Positions 27,477-38,875 of a stretch of 64,000 bases of DNA are shown here, piece after piece. The notes under the pieces were generated by a model. It saw only the letters and a program-made list of their open reading frames with translations, was not told the origin of the DNA and searched no databases. The DNA lies in assembly GCA_964529025.1 (NCBI GenBank), contig CAZGUZ010000001.1:6163-70162 (forward strand), given 5' to 3'. Position 1 is the first letter of the stretch; every line of letters begins with the position of its first letter. The position numbers and the translations under genes are program-made. The DNA comes from an uncultured Candidatus Saccharibacteria bacterium (GTDB lineage Bacteria; Patescibacteriota; Minisyncoccia; Phycocordibacterales; PALSA-1337).

Positions 27477-30400
27477 CTAGAGATATGCTTCGTCAGATAC
27501 TTGCTTTGGCTTTACAGCTTCAACAATTTTCTGCTTTGGACTTCCAGCAAAACCAGAACCAGCTGGAATAAGGCGGCCGATAATAACGTTTTCCATAAGA
27601 CCACGTAGATCATCGCTTGAACCCTTAATTGCAGAACTAATGAGCACTCGAGTTGTATGCTGGAATGAAGCTGCTGACAAGAAGCTCTTTCGAGACAATG
27701 AAACTTCGGTAATTCCCATCACAACGTTGTTTGTCTTTGCTGCTTCTCCGCCCTTTTCTCGAGCAAGAGCATTTGCTTCGCTCAATTGTGAATCACTCAC
27801 AATTTCACCTTCAGCAAATTCTGTACTGCCTGGGTTAACAACCTTTCGGCGTGAGAACATTTGTTTTACGATAATTTCAATATGCTTTCGAGCCACAGTT
27901 TCACCCTGAAGTTCGTAAATCTTACTTACTTCACTAATAACATAGTCCTTTGCTCGAACTTCTCCTGCATATTCAAACACTTCATCAATGTCTGCAGAAC
28001 CATCGGTAATAATGTCGCCCTTTGTAACCTTATCGCCAACCTTAACAAGAGGAACTCGCTTATAGTGGAACGAGAATTCAACTTCGTGAGTTTTCTTTGA
28101 ACCCTTCGCACGATCTTCAAGCTCAGGCACGATAGTAATAATCTTTTCTTTGCCCATGTCTTTAACTTCAGACACGATACCTGAAACCGACGCAACAACT
28201 GCTGGATTCTTTGGTCGGCGCTTTTCAAAGATTTCTTCTACTCGTGGAAGACCCATAGTAATGTCTCCGCCTTCTGAAGCCACACCTCCGGCGTGGAATG
28301 TACGCATAGTAAGCTGTGTACCCGGTTCACCAATTGCTTGTGCAGCAACTGTTCCCACGGCTTCTCCTAGGTCAACCTGCTTGTTGCGACCCATGTCTGT
28401 TCCGTAACACTTAACACAGACACCTGAAGCACTTTTACATGCAAGTGGAGAGAATACTCCAACCTCAGAAACACCAGCTTCTTCTACCTTAAGAGCATCT
28501 GCTTTAGAAAGAATATGTCCTTTCTTAAAGAGAACTGTTCCTGAAGCATCAGCAATATCCTGAGCAATAACTCGACCTCGAATAGTTTTTGAAAGTGGAA
28601 TTGCAATTCCTGAAGCTGTTTGCTTGCGAATTGTAACGAATTCTTTTGTTCCACAATCTTCTTCGGTAACCATAACGTCTTGAGCAACAACGAAGAGCTT
28701 ACGTGTAAGGTAACCTGCTTTAGCTGTGTTCAAAGCTGTGTCGGTAAGACCCTTTCGAGAACCGTGAGTTGTAATGAAGTACTCAATTGGTGTAAGACCT
28801 TCTTTTGTACATGAGATAATTGGGTGTTCAATTGTAGCACCTGAAGTACTTGCAATAAGACCCTTCATACCAATCATCTGAGTAATCTGAGCAAGAGAAC
28901 CTCGAGCTCCAGATGTAACCATGTCGTACACTGAACCCAACTTATCAAGTGAGTTTGGAATAAGCTTTTCTACATCAGACTTTGCCTTCTGCCAGATTTC
29001 AATATTTTTGCGAAGTCGCTCTTCTTCGGTAAGAAGACCTTCATTGAACTGACCTTGCACAACATCTGCTTTATCTTTAGCCTCTGTAATTACTGCAGCC
29101 TTTCCTTCAGGCACAGTAATATCATCAATTGCCCATGTTGTTCCAGACTTTGTAGTGAACTTAAATCCGAATGACTTAATCTTGTCGAGAACCATTGTTG
29201 CATATGTCGTATCGTATCGGATCAAAAGATCGTCAATGATAGCTGTCATGCGCTTTCGATCAATTTCTTTATTGATGAAAGGATAGTCATCAGGAAGAAC
29301 CTGGTTAAAGAGGATGCGTCCTACTGTTGTCTCAAAAATCTTTCCACCAAATTCAGCAAATTTTGGAGAATCAGTTGGGAGCACCTTTATCTTTGCGCGG
29401 AATCCAATACCACCGAAGTCGCGAGCAATTACTGCAGCATCTGGTGATTCAAATACTTGTCCTTCACCCTTATCACCATCAACAACCTTAGTAATCCAGA
29501 AACAACCAAGAACAATATCAAGAAGCTTTGCAGCAACTGTAGGATCTCCGTTACCTGGTTTCAAAACGTTTCGGTTTGAAGCCATGATTTCTCGAGCCTC
29601 AGCTTGAGCCTCAGGAGAAAGTGGAACGTGAACTGCCATTTGGTCTCCGTCGAAGTCAGCGTTGAAAGCTGTACATACGAGTGGGTGAACCTGAATAGCG
29701 TTTCCTTCGATAAGAACTGGGCGGAAAGCCTGAATACCGAGTCGGTGAAGTGTAGGAGCACGGTTCAAAAGAACGTACTTATCCTTAATCACATCTTCGA
29801 GAATTGCCCACACATCAGCAATACCTTCGTCGATAAGACGGTTAGCAGCACGAATGTTGAATGCCAATTCTTTTTTGAGCAAACCAGAAATTACGAATGG
29901 GCGGAAAAGCTCGAGTGCCATATGCTTTGGCAAACCACACTGATCGAGTGCGAGTTCTGGACCCACAACAATTACTGAACGTCCTGAGTAGTCAACACGC
30001 TTTCCAAGAAGGTTTTGTCGGAACAAGCCTCGCTTACTCTTAAGGTTATCTGAGAGTGACTTAAGAGCTCGCTTAGAAGCAGGGCTTCCAGCTTGGTATG
30101 AATTTGTTGAGTGTCGAATTGAGTTATCAAGCAATGCATCAACAGCTTCCTGAAGAATACGCTTTTCGTTTCGCAAAATAACGTCTGGAGCGTGGATCTC
30201 TTTAAGCTTAAGAAGACGATTGTTTCGGTTAATAACACGTCGATACAAATCGTTAACGTCAGCAGTAGCGTAGCGACCACCATCAAGAGGCACCATTGGT
30301 CGAATAGCTGGAGGAATTATTGGAATTCGTGTAAGGAACATCCATTCTGGACGAGACTTTGCTTTGATGAATGAACGAACAACTGAAAGTCGTCGTGTAA

Positions 30401-31187
30401 GCTTTTCAGCATCAAGAGCACTTGCCTGTTCAAGCTCAGCAACAATTTCTGTTTCAAGCTTTGAAAGATCAGTATTCTTAAGAATGTTGTAGATAGCTTC
30501 TGCACCAATACCCACTTCGAAAAGTGTACCGTATTTCATTGAGAACTTATGGTACTGAACTTCATCAAGAACAAGTCCTGGTCGTAGGCTTTCAATGTCT
30601 CGACGAGCACCCATAAGAAGCTCCTTGAGCATTTCTTGTGTCTTTTCGTCTTGAGCTGCTTTTACCTTACTCTTGAATTCTGAATCCAAGTCTTTAAGGA
30701 ACTGAGCGCGCTCTTCATCATTAACCTTAGTTACAATGTAACCTGCAAAGTAAACAACCTTTTCAACTTCAGATGCTGGCAATCCCATCACCAAACTAAT
30801 TCGTGATGGCATTGATCGAAGAAACCAAATGTGAGCAACTGGTGAAGCAAGGTTAATGTGTCCCATTCGATCACGTCGAACAATTGATCGAGTAAGTTCT
30901 ACTCCACACTTTTCACAGACAATTCCCTTATAGCGAATTCCCTTGTACTTTCCACAGTAACATTCCCAATCGCGGTCTGGACCGAAAATCTTTTCATCAA
31001 AAAGACCTCCCTTTTCTGAACGCTGTGTTCGGTAGTTAACTGTTTCTGGTCGTTCAACTTCTCCGAAAGACCATTCAAGAATTTTCTCTGGTGAAGCAAC
31101 GGTGAGCACTACTTCATCAAAATCCTGTGGCTCTACTCCTTTTTTATTAGTGTTATATGACATATATGTTGAGTTATTACTCTTCAT
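27477..31187 (-). CDS. rpoC: DNA-directed RNA polymerase subunit beta'
   Basis: Zinc-binding CYCGKYKG…CEKCGVE, the NADFDGD catalytic motif, and 1236 aa. An alternative start is the ATG at 31163. Confidence 0.95.
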   Translation of the reverse strand: MKSNNSTYMSYNTNKKGVEPQDFDEVVLTVASPEKILEWSFGEVERPETVNYRTQRSEKGGLFDEKIFGPDRDWECYCGKYKGIRYKGIVCEKCGVELTRSIVRRDRMGHINLASPVAHIWFLRSMPSRISLVMGLPASEVEKVVYFAGYIVTKVNDEERAQFLKDLDSEFKSKVKAAQDEKTQEMLKELLMGARRDIESLRPGLVLDEVQYHKFSMKYGTLFEVGIGAEAIYNILKNTDLSKLETEIVAELEQASALDAEKLTRRLSVVRSFIKAKSRPEWMFLTRIPIIPPAIRPMVPLDGGRYATADVNDLYRRVINRNNRLLKLKEIHAPDVILRNEKRILQEAVDALLDNSIRHSTNSYQAGSPASKRALKSLSDNLKSKRGLFRQNLLGKRVDYSGRSVIVVGPELALDQCGLPKHMALELFRPFVISGLLKKELAFNIRAANRLIDEGIADVWAILEDVIKDKYVLLNRAPTLHRLGIQAFRPVLIEGNAIQVHPLVCTAFNADFDGDQMAVHVPLSPEAQAEAREIMASNRNVLKPGNGDPTVAAKLLDIVLGCFWITKVVDGDKGEGQVFESPDAAVIARDFGGIGFRAKIKVLPTDSPKFAEFGGKIFETTVGRILFNQVLPDDYPFINKEIDRKRMTAIIDDLLIRYDTTYATMVLDKIKSFGFKFTTKSGTTWAIDDITVPEGKAAVITEAKDKADVVQGQFNEGLLTEEERLRKNIEIWQKAKSDVEKLIPNSLDKLGSVYDMVTSGARGSLAQITQMIGMKGLIASTSGATIEHPIISCTKEGLTPIEYFITTHGSRKGLTDTALNTAKAGYLTRKLFVVAQDVMVTEEDCGTKEFVTIRKQTASGIAIPLSKTIRGRVIAQDIADASGTVLFKKGHILSKADALKVEEAGVSEVGVFSPLACKSASGVCVKCYGTDMGRNKQVDLGEAVGTVAAQAIGEPGTQLTMRTFHAGGVASEGGDITMGLPRVEEIFEKRRPKNPAVVASVSGIVSEVKDMGKEKIITIVPELEDRAKGSKKTHEVEFSFHYKRVPLVKVGDKVTKGDIITDGSADIDEVFEYAGEVRAKDYVISEVSKIYELQGETVARKHIEIIVKQMFSRRKVVNPGSTEFAEGEIVSDSQLSEANALAREKGGEAAKTNNVVMGITEVSLSRKSFLSAASFQHTTRVLISSAIKGSSDDLRGLMENVIIGRLIPAGSGFAGSPKQKIVEAVKPKQVSDEAYL

Positions 31188-34100
31188 GTGAACTTACACC
31201 AGGGTTCTTCTTGCGGAGTTCTACATCGAGTGCAAGACCGCGGAGTGTCTTAAGAAGCACATTGAATGACGCTGGAATATTTGGCTGCTTAAGTGGTTCA
31301 CCCTTAACGATAGAGTCAAATGCTTGTGTTCGTCCGACAATGTCGTCTGACTTAATGGTAAGCATTTCGCGGAGCGTATGTGCTGCTCCATGACCCAAGA
31401 GTGCCCACACTTCCATTTCTCCAAATCGCTGACCTCCTCCTTGCGCCTTTCCTCCGAGTGGCTGCTGAGTAATGAGAGAGTAAGGACCGATAGAACGCAT
31501 GTGAATCTTGTCTTCAACCATGTGGTGCAATTTGAGCATGTACATGTATCCAACGGCAATTGGTTGTTCAAAGTGTTCACCTGTTCGGCCGTCGCGAAGC
31601 TTCATTTTTCCTGAAGTATCGAATCCTGCCTTTTTAAGTTCTTCTTTAATTTCAACATCTGTTGCTCCTACGAATGGAGGAACAATAGCTTGGTAGTTAA
31701 GAGTGTTTGCAGCAAGACCAAGGTGCAATTCAAGAATCTGACCAAGGTTCATACGTGAAGGCACGCCAAGTGGTGTCAAAATCATATCAACTGGAGTACC
31801 ATCTTCTGTGTATGGCATATCCTCTTCTGGAAGAATCTTTGAAATAACTCCCTTGTTACCGTGTCGTCCGGCAAGCTTGTCTCCTACTGAAACATTTCGG
31901 AGCTGTGCTACTTCAATGTAAATCTTCTTGATAATTCCTGATTCAAGTTTGTCTCCTTTCTCTCGAGAGAAAATCTTAACCGAGATCACGCGGCCACGCT
32001 GTCCGGCTTCGAGTCGCTTAGATGTATCCTTAACATCGCGAGCCTTTTCACCGAAGATTGATCTAAGAAGTCGCTCTTCTGGAGTAAGTTGAGTTTCGCC
32101 TCGTGGAGAAATCTTTCCTACAAGAATATCTCCTGGTCGAACCTCAGCACCAACTCGAATAATACCGTCTTCGGCCAAGTTCTTAAGCTTAGCCTCGCTT
32201 ACGTTTGGAATATCGCATGTAGTAACTTCGGGACCGAGCTTAGTGTCGCGAACGTTAATTACGTATTCTTCAAGGTGAATAGATGTAAACTTACTGTCCT
32301 TAACAAGGCGCTCAGAAATAATGATAGCGTCTTCGTAGTTAGAACCCGACCATGACATGAAGGCAATGCGAATATTGTGTCCGAGTGCCATTTCACCATT
32401 ATCAGATGTTGATGTATCAACAAGAACTTCGCCCTTCTTTACTTTTTGTCCAAGAGAAACAATTGGTCGCTGATGGAAAGCAGTAAAGCCGTTTGTTCGT
32501 GTAAAGTGCACGAGCTTCCACTCATGCTTTTTACCCTTCTTATCAGTAAGTTCTACATGACTAGCATCGATCGATGTGATTTCTCCATCTTCTGGAGCAA
32601 CAACAATTCGGCCTGAGTCAAGGACTGCTTTGTGTTCCATACCTGTAGCAACAAGAGGAGCTTCAGGAACGAGACAAGGAGTAGCCTGCTTCTGCATGTT
32701 TGATCCCATGAGTGCTCGGTTGGCGTCGTCATGGTTCAAGAATGGAATAAGTGATGTAGCAATAGAGAAAGCCTGATTAGTATCAACGTCGATATAATCT
32801 ACTTCTCCACTCTTACAAATACTTGGATTACCATTGATACGAACTTCTACTTCGTCAGCAGTAATTTTTCCGTTCTTATCATACTCTGTAGCCGCATGAG
32901 CAATTCGGTAGTTTTCTTCTTCGAGAGCATTCATGTATACAATTTCATCGGTAATTTTTCCGTTCTTTACCTTTGCGTATGGAGTTTCAATCATGCCGAA
33001 ATCATTGATTCGTGCATATGTTGAAAGACGAAGAATAAGACCGATGTTTGGACCTTCTGGAGTGTGGATCGGACAAAGTCGACCATAGTGAGATGTATGC
33101 ACGTCGCGAACTTCGAAACCTGCTCGCTCACGTGTAAGACCTCCGGGACCAAGAGCAGAAAGTGTTCGAAGATGCTCAATTTCTGAGAGCACGTTCTCTT
33201 GCTGCATAAACTGTGACAACTGGTTTGTCGTAAAGAATTCCTTAATACGAGCCTGAAGTGGTCGTGGGAAGACGAAGTTTACAGGCAATGTTACGTCTGT
33301 ATCAACAGTCGACATTTTGTCCTGAATATTTCGCTTCATCTGTGTCATACCAACACGAATCTTTTGCTGAAGAAGTTCTCCGGCATAACGAACTCGTCGG
33401 CGACCAAGGTGGTCAATGTCGTCTTCCATTGCATCGGGAGTATTGTTAAGAGTAACAATGTGTCCAATTGCAATGCCAACATCTTCGACAGTAAGAACTT
33501 TTTGCTCAAGAGCCTTCTCATCCATCGGCTTACCGAAACGCTTATTAAAGTGGAAACGACCTACACGAGAAAGGTCATATCGCTCAGCACTAAAGATACC
33601 TCCAAGATAGTCTCGGGCATTGTCTGCTGTAGCTAGATCACCATCACGAAGACGCTTATGAATTTCAACATAAGCTTCATCAGTTGTCTTTGCATGATCC
33701 TTAGCTAGAGTAAGTTCAATTACTTTGCGAGCATTCTCATTACCGGCAAAAAGTTTGAGAATTGCTTCATTAGTTTCAGCTCCAAGGATGCGGAGGAGCG
33801 ATGTTACAGGGAATTTTCGCTTTCGATCAATTCGAACATAAATGGTGCCATCAGCATCACTTTCAATTTCAACCCAAACACCTCGAGCAGGAATTACCTT
33901 TGCACCAAAGTATGTCTTTGCTTTGATTTCACTTGCTGTGAAGAAAATACCGAACGAACGCGCAAGCTGAGGAACGATAACTCGCTCAATACCGTTAATA
34001 ATAAAAGTTCCGTGAGATGTCATGAGTGGGAAATCGGCAAGGAAAATTTCTTGCTCTTTCTCGACACCCATAATCTTATTCTTAAGCTTTACTCGAGCCT

Positions 34101-34356
34101 TAAGCTGTCCTTCATATGACAACTTTTGTGACTTAGCAAAATGCTCATCATATTTTGGCTTTGACAATTCAAAACCTGTAAACGAAAGTTCAAACTTCTT
34201 TCCTGCATAGTCTTTAATAGGAGAGAACTCTTTAAGAGACTCTTCAAGACCCTGCTTAACGAGCCACTCAAACGACTGCACCTGTGCGTCCACGAAGTGC
34301 GGCATAGTCGTAAGAGGAGCTTTATATCGCCCGAAATACTTTTTTGTGGTTTTCAT
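31177..34356 (-). CDS. rpoB: DNA-directed RNA polymerase subunit beta
   Basis: 1059 aa with canonical conserved beta-subunit blocks. It is immediately upstream of rpoC. Confidence 0.95.
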   Translation of the reverse strand: MKTTKKYFGRYKAPLTTMPHFVDAQVQSFEWLVKQGLEESLKEFSPIKDYAGKKFELSFTGFELSKPKYDEHFAKSQKLSYEGQLKARVKLKNKIMGVEKEQEIFLADFPLMTSHGTFIINGIERVIVPQLARSFGIFFTASEIKAKTYFGAKVIPARGVWVEIESDADGTIYVRIDRKRKFPVTSLLRILGAETNEAILKLFAGNENARKVIELTLAKDHAKTTDEAYVEIHKRLRDGDLATADNARDYLGGIFSAERYDLSRVGRFHFNKRFGKPMDEKALEQKVLTVEDVGIAIGHIVTLNNTPDAMEDDIDHLGRRRVRYAGELLQQKIRVGMTQMKRNIQDKMSTVDTDVTLPVNFVFPRPLQARIKEFFTTNQLSQFMQQENVLSEIEHLRTLSALGPGGLTRERAGFEVRDVHTSHYGRLCPIHTPEGPNIGLILRLSTYARINDFGMIETPYAKVKNGKITDEIVYMNALEEENYRIAHAATEYDKNGKITADEVEVRINGNPSICKSGEVDYIDVDTNQAFSIATSLIPFLNHDDANRALMGSNMQKQATPCLVPEAPLVATGMEHKAVLDSGRIVVAPEDGEITSIDASHVELTDKKGKKHEWKLVHFTRTNGFTAFHQRPIVSLGQKVKKGEVLVDTSTSDNGEMALGHNIRIAFMSWSGSNYEDAIIISERLVKDSKFTSIHLEEYVINVRDTKLGPEVTTCDIPNVSEAKLKNLAEDGIIRVGAEVRPGDILVGKISPRGETQLTPEERLLRSIFGEKARDVKDTSKRLEAGQRGRVISVKIFSREKGDKLESGIIKKIYIEVAQLRNVSVGDKLAGRHGNKGVISKILPEEDMPYTEDGTPVDMILTPLGVPSRMNLGQILELHLGLAANTLNYQAIVPPFVGATDVEIKEELKKAGFDTSGKMKLRDGRTGEHFEQPIAVGYMYMLKLHHMVEDKIHMRSIGPYSLITQQPLGGKAQGGGQRFGEMEVWALLGHGAAHTLREMLTIKSDDIVGRTQAFDSIVKGEPLKQPNIPASFNVLLKTLRGLALDVELRKKNPGVSSHEE

Positions 34357-34570
34357 TACTGAAATAGTGCTCTACACGTTGTATTTCGTCCTCACACACA
34401 CTCGGTCACCCAAAACACCATAATAGAAAAATCCCCAGTAAGAGGGTTATGGTGTTAATCTTTATTATATTAAGGGGGTAGACACGAGTAAGGACTAAAT
34501 TTGCCTTTATAATCCTTCACTTTTTCTCGTAACTCAATCGAATGAAGTTATACCGAGCCTAGCAAACTTT

Positions 34571-35698
34571 TTAAGACTCGTCAAGTAGTTTTTCCACAAA
34601 AGCAGGTACTGCTGAGCCCGAAATGATGCGGGGCTCTGATTTGACGATAGAAAAGACGTATTCTTGTATGCCTCCAGCTTGTTGCGGTGGTATAAAGCAA
34701 TGCTTTTCACCCTTAATGCCTAGATTTGCTGGAGCTTGCTCCTTTTGATATTGAGTATCCCCTTCTATATATGTATGTTTACATACAATAGATATTCCCA
34801 AGCCTAGGCCGGTTTGTGTTTGTACAGAAAAATCTTGATCAAATACAAAGTTGCCGAGCGAATAATAAACGGGCTTACCAACAATCTCTTCTTTAATCTG
34901 AATTACATGCGGGTGATGGCCAATAACCATATCTGCCCCAAGATTAATCCACTTCTCTGCCATGGTGCGCTGAAAATTTGTTGGCTCTGTTTGATATTCT
35001 TCGCCCCAGTGCGGAGTTACGATAATAATTGCTTTCCCTTTGGTTTCTGCGTGAATTCGGGCAATTTCTTCTGCGACTTTTGCATAGCTACCTGCAAATT
35101 GATGAAAACCAATTACCGAAAGCTGCGCTCCGTTCGCTAACTGTGTACTATAGCTAATATTTCTATCATTACGAGGGTCACCATAGACAATAAGGCCTGA
35201 GCTTGAAGCAAATTGTAGTGTTTGGCGAATTCCCTCGCTACCAAAATCTAAACCGTGATTGTTTGCAATACCCACAATATCAAAACCAGCTTGCACTAAA
35301 TGTTCTGCGGACTCAGGAGGAAAAGTAAATTGTAATGCTTTATTACTATAATCAACCGTCTTTGATGGATATGTTGTTATTGGCCCTTCTAGGTTAGCAA
35401 TTGCAAGGTCAAATGAAGCTATAAAATCTGCTGTATAAGTAAAGGGGAATTTTCCACCAAAAGCGCTGTGACGATTTCGTACAGCACGATCGAGCATGAC
35501 ATCGCCCACAAAAAGAACCGTGGAAGTTGAATACGATATTGTTTGCTGAGGAATTTCATAGATGCGTAAACGGTCAGTTTGACCGCCAATAACTATCTTT
35601 GAAAGACTCGAGCCCAAACCGGCAGCTATCATAGCAAAAAATAGCCCACCAATGGCATAGTGAAATATTTTTTGTAGAGAAATTTTATTCATACACAA
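34571..35698 (-). CDS. CapA/PGA_cap family metallophosphatase-like protein (poly-gamma-glutamate capsule synthesis-type), membrane anchored
   Basis: …FVGDVMLDR…NLEGP…IANNHGLDFG…HWGEEY…HHPHV… matches the CapA pattern. Confidence 0.6.
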   Translation of the reverse strand: MCMNKISLQKIFHYAIGGLFFAMIAAGLGSSLSKIVIGGQTDRLRIYEIPQQTISYSTSTVLFVGDVMLDRAVRNRHSAFGGKFPFTYTADFIASFDLAIANLEGPITTYPSKTVDYSNKALQFTFPPESAEHLVQAGFDIVGIANNHGLDFGSEGIRQTLQFASSSGLIVYGDPRNDRNISYSTQLANGAQLSVIGFHQFAGSYAKVAEEIARIHAETKGKAIIIVTPHWGEEYQTEPTNFQRTMAEKWINLGADMVIGHHPHVIQIKEEIVGKPVYYSLGNFVFDQDFSVQTQTGLGLGISIVCKHTYIEGDTQYQKEQAPANLGIKGEKHCFIPPQQAGGIQEYVFSIVKSEPRIISGSAVPAFVEKLLDES

Positions 35699-36403
35699 CT
35701 ATGTTGTACGAAGCTTCTTTACTCTTTCTGCGGCGCGCCACTCATCAATGAGTTTATGATTTCCTGATAAGAGTACCTTAGGAACTCGAAGCTTTTTACC
35801 CTTCCATACTATCACCTCGGGGCGTGTGTATGCACGTGGCGATGATATTCGAGCTTCTTCTCGAGAATCAAAAGAACCAAGCACACCTTTAATTTGGCGT
35901 GCAATAGTGTCGATCGTGAGCATAGCTGGCAATTCTCCGCCAGTTACTACAAAAGGACCAACAGAAACATCTTCCATTTTAAACATGGAATGGAGTCGGG
36001 CATCAATGCCTTCATAGCGACCACACACTAATATAATATCAGTATACTTTTCTGCACTCTGAGCTGCGTATTCGGTAGTTAATTGTGTACCTTGTGGAGC
36101 AAAAAATATAATTTTAAGTCGAGACTTCTTTTTGCGTTTTATAGCTGTTACAGCTTTTGTAAGTGCTCGAGCTACAGGTTCTGCTTGCAACAGCATTCCT
36201 GGGCCACCACCATATGGCTTATCATCTAGTCGATAGTCTGAATACTTTGGCTTTTTCTTACCTTTTGCAGCTTGAGTGAAATCTCGAGGATTATAAAATT
36301 TAACAGCAATCTTTTTTGCCTCAAGGGCACGCTTTAAAATCGACTCATTGAGGTATGAGTCGAAAGATTGTGGAAACAAGCTAATTACGTGAAAAGTGAG
36401 CAT
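35699..36403 (-). CDS. trmD: tRNA (guanine37-N1)-methyltransferase
   Basis: …ISLFPQSF…DDKPYGGGPGMLL… matches TrmD SPOUT motifs. Confidence 0.85.
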   Translation of the reverse strand: MLTFHVISLFPQSFDSYLNESILKRALEAKKIAVKFYNPRDFTQAAKGKKKPKYSDYRLDDKPYGGGPGMLLQAEPVARALTKAVTAIKRKKKSRLKIIFFAPQGTQLTTEYAAQSAEKYTDIILVCGRYEGIDARLHSMFKMEDVSVGPFVVTGGELPAMLTIDTIARQIKGVLGSFDSREEARISSPRAYTRPEVIVWKGKKLRVPKVLLSGNHKLIDEWRAAERVKKLRTT

Positions 36404-36566
36404 ATGAATTTATAAATATATTATACACTAAAAATTTAGCTCTGTACAGAACCATATTTGGGCTTACTTTCGTGCTCGAAGAACGTACTTGCTATATATC
36501 TGATTATATGGTATAAAGATTATGGAAACCCTCGCCCTCTATTGAGGAAACGAGGCATGTAACTTA

Positions 36567-37859
36567 ATGTCAAAAACAAGAAGGAGAAGCGAGTCGATGA
36601 ATGTCGATTTAACTATCAACAAGTGGGCGGGAGTTAGCAGCTTGAAGCCCACAAAGCGACAACTTGGGATACTCCATACCATGCTTACCGAGCTCATCAG
36701 TGAGCTCGTGAAATATGGACTCCCCGCCGAAGGGGGCTACTGGGTGACGCTTGATGCTGGGTCAACGGTTGGTACCAACCAGCACGAATATCGGATCCAG
36801 AAACGTGGCGGGAACGGTAATCGCCCAGGACTTGTGTTCCTACGGGTATGGCTTGAGATGGGCACGTGTTTCGCGGCGTCACTTACACTTCCGGGAAACA
36901 ACAGGCTTGCTACACTCTGCGATGCAGCTGTGCGCAAAAGCCTTGGCACTCACAATCACTTCCAGTTCACCCAAGAGGGCAAACTGGTGCGTGCTGGTGA
37001 CAGTGGCACTGAGGTTCAGCGCTCTGCAAAACCTGCAGAGCCTACTACAGAGCCTGTAGAACCTGTAGCGGCTACTGCGAGCGCACAAGAAAGTGCCGCA
37101 GTGCAACTCGAATCAAGGGTGGAGCCAACTACCCCTGAGCAAACCCAAGCTGGCACGAATACGGCTGAGGGTAGCGGGGCTGCCGAATCGGAAGATTCAG
37201 ACTCCACTGTTGGGTTGAGCAGGTTCTTTGCGGACAACTCAAACCAGGTACTAATCCTCGCACAGCTTGCCGAGCTGTGTATCAAGGACAACACCAAGGA
37301 GGTTACCTTCCCCGATTGGATCAAATCCCTCGAAGAACAGTGGGGATCGAAGTACAAGATCACCTCGGTGGGAGTCCGCCGGGCGATTGCGCGTGAGGGC
37401 CGAAGGATCGGCTGGTTCTCACGGAAGGTTGAGTTTGGAACGACCTGGTACTCAATCACACAGGTTGGGGTGAAAATCCTTTCAGCCGAGCACAGCTATC
37501 GCGATCTCGCTGATAAGTACCGGCAAATTGCCGGATATACTTCGAATGATCCGGTGGCGCCAGCGACGAACGATCCGTTGGCACAGCTGGCCAGCAAGCA
37601 CGCCGAGTATGTCACTTCCGAAAGGGAGTTGCATGAACTCAGGACCGAACTGGCCGAGTCGGTGGAAATCCTGACGAACTTGCGGGAAACCGTGAGTCGC
37701 CTCGACAGAGAGCTCCGGGCTGCTAAAGCCTTGCTGCGGGAGTCCGAGGCTGACACTGTCACCGAGGACGATGTCGCGGCGGCAGAGCGAAAGCTCGCCG
37801 AACTGCGCCCGGCAGAAGAGCAGTATCAACGAGTTGTTGCGCTACTTGCTCTTCGCTGA
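36567..37859 (+). CDS. Hypothetical 430-aa protein in a strongly GC-rich island (about 57% GC by eye); acidic/Pro-Thr linker, winged-helix-like region, C-terminal coiled coil
   Basis: The base-composition contrast with flanking trmD and khpA is clear. The gene has its own strong terminator. No family was recognised. Confidence 0.45.
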   Translation: MSKTRRRSESMNVDLTINKWAGVSSLKPTKRQLGILHTMLTELISELVKYGLPAEGGYWVTLDAGSTVGTNQHEYRIQKRGGNGNRPGLVFLRVWLEMGTCFAASLTLPGNNRLATLCDAAVRKSLGTHNHFQFTQEGKLVRAGDSGTEVQRSAKPAEPTTEPVEPVAATASAQESAAVQLESRVEPTTPEQTQAGTNTAEGSGAAESEDSDSTVGLSRFFADNSNQVLILAQLAELCIKDNTKEVTFPDWIKSLEEQWGSKYKITSVGVRRAIAREGRRIGWFSRKVEFGTTWYSITQVGVKILSAEHSYRDLADKYRQIAGYTSNDPVAPATNDPLAQLASKHAEYVTSERELHELRTELAESVEILTNLRETVSRLDRELRAAKALLRESEADTVTEDDVAAAERKLAELRPAEEQYQRVVALLALR

Positions 37860-37873
37860 CAAGGAAAAACAAA

Positions 37874-37908
37874 CCGCCGAGACACGAATGTCTCGGCGGC
37901 CTTTTTTA
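37874..37908 (+). terminator. Rho-independent terminator of the GC-rich island gene
   Basis: CCGCCGAGACA-cgaa-TGTCTCGGCGG stem followed by CCTTTTTTATT. Confidence 0.7.
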
Positions 37909-37951
37909 TTGCTATTCTTTTATCCACACACACCCTTCTACTCTCTTTGTA

Positions 37952-38272
37952 TTATTCAAGCTTGAGATCAGCCATTGCTTCGTCGAGTGTTTTACTTACT
38001 CGCTCGCCTGCAACGCTTCCTGCTGGTTCGTTAATCTTAAGATTAACTCGAGAATTATTCTTCATTCCCACAACTCGCAAAAGTGTTCGAATTGCTTTTG
38101 CTGTGTTTCCTGAGCGGCCAATTACTTTACCCATATCGTCTGGATGAACTTCGAGTGTAAGAAGCACTCCCATTTCATCGACAGTTCGAACGATCTTTAC
38201 CCCTTCTGGGTTATCAACGAGTGCCTTAATAACGTAGTCTAAAAACTGTGTATCTTTCTCTGTTGTTGTCAT
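37952..38272 (-). CDS. khpA: KH-domain RNA-binding protein (KhpA/YlqC, UPF0109)
   Basis: …VIGRSGNTAKAIRTLL… GxxG KH motif. The gene is small and classically sits after rpsP. Confidence 0.7.
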   Translation of the reverse strand: MTTTEKDTQFLDYVIKALVDNPEGVKIVRTVDEMGVLLTLEVHPDDMGKVIGRSGNTAKAIRTLLRVVGMKNNSRVNLKINEPAGSVAGERVSKTLDEAMADLKLE

Positions 38273-38398
38273 ATTTGTGAAATTAACGGAAAATTATTCG
38301 GAACACGTTGCTACAATTGTAACGTGGTAGGTTTGTGAGTCAAACAAGTTATACACACTGTGTACGTGCTTAATTGAACTCACGTGTATAGTGTAGGA

Positions 38399-38740
38399 CT
38401 AAGCCTGAACTGGAGCTGCGGCTGGAGCGGCTGCAGGAGCAGCATCACCCTCTTTCTTTTGAACTGTCTTTTTTGGAAGAGCGTTCACTTTCTTTCCTGT
38501 AAGCACCTTCTTTTCGATAAGGAAATTGTGAACCGTATCAGAGAGCTGAGCACCCTTTGCCATCCAAGCTTTGATTGCTTCTACATTGAAAGCATCAACA
38601 GCATTGTCGATACGTGAATCGTATGATCCAAGTACTTCTAAAAATCGTCCGCTTTTAGGTCCGTTCTTTGAATCTGTAAGCACCAAGCGAAACTTGGGTT
38701 CGTGCTTACGTCCTACTCGTTGCAATCTAATCTTTAACAT
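38399..38740 (-). CDS. rpsP: 30S ribosomal protein S16 with an Ala/Pro-rich C-terminal extension
   Basis: MLKIRLQRVGRKHEPKFRLV… is a canonical S16 N-terminus. Confidence 0.85.
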   Translation of the reverse strand: MLKIRLQRVGRKHEPKFRLVLTDSKNGPKSGRFLEVLGSYDSRIDNAVDAFNVEAIKAWMAKGAQLSDTVHNFLIEKKVLTGKKVNALPKKTVQKKEGDAAPAAAPAAAPVQA

Positions 38741-38875
38741 GGGATAGATAATAACAGAACTCTAGAAAAATGCAAGCACCTGCACCGTTTTAGCTTAAAA
38801 GTGAGCTTGGGGGTTGAAATAACAAAAGAAAACCGCCCTACTTACTCAGCAGAGCGGCTGCAAGTGATGCCTGGA

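Noticed and set aside
27477-34356. Numerous 60–125-aa ORFs on both strands inside rpoB and rpoC
   Set aside because: They are embedded antisense or out of frame within highly conserved long genes, so they are spurious.
36697-37829. Multiple antisense and alternative-frame ORFs (61–147 aa) within the GC-rich 36567..37859 gene
   Set aside because: They are the expected consequence of high GC content. The long 430-aa frame is the only one with a consistent start, length and terminator.
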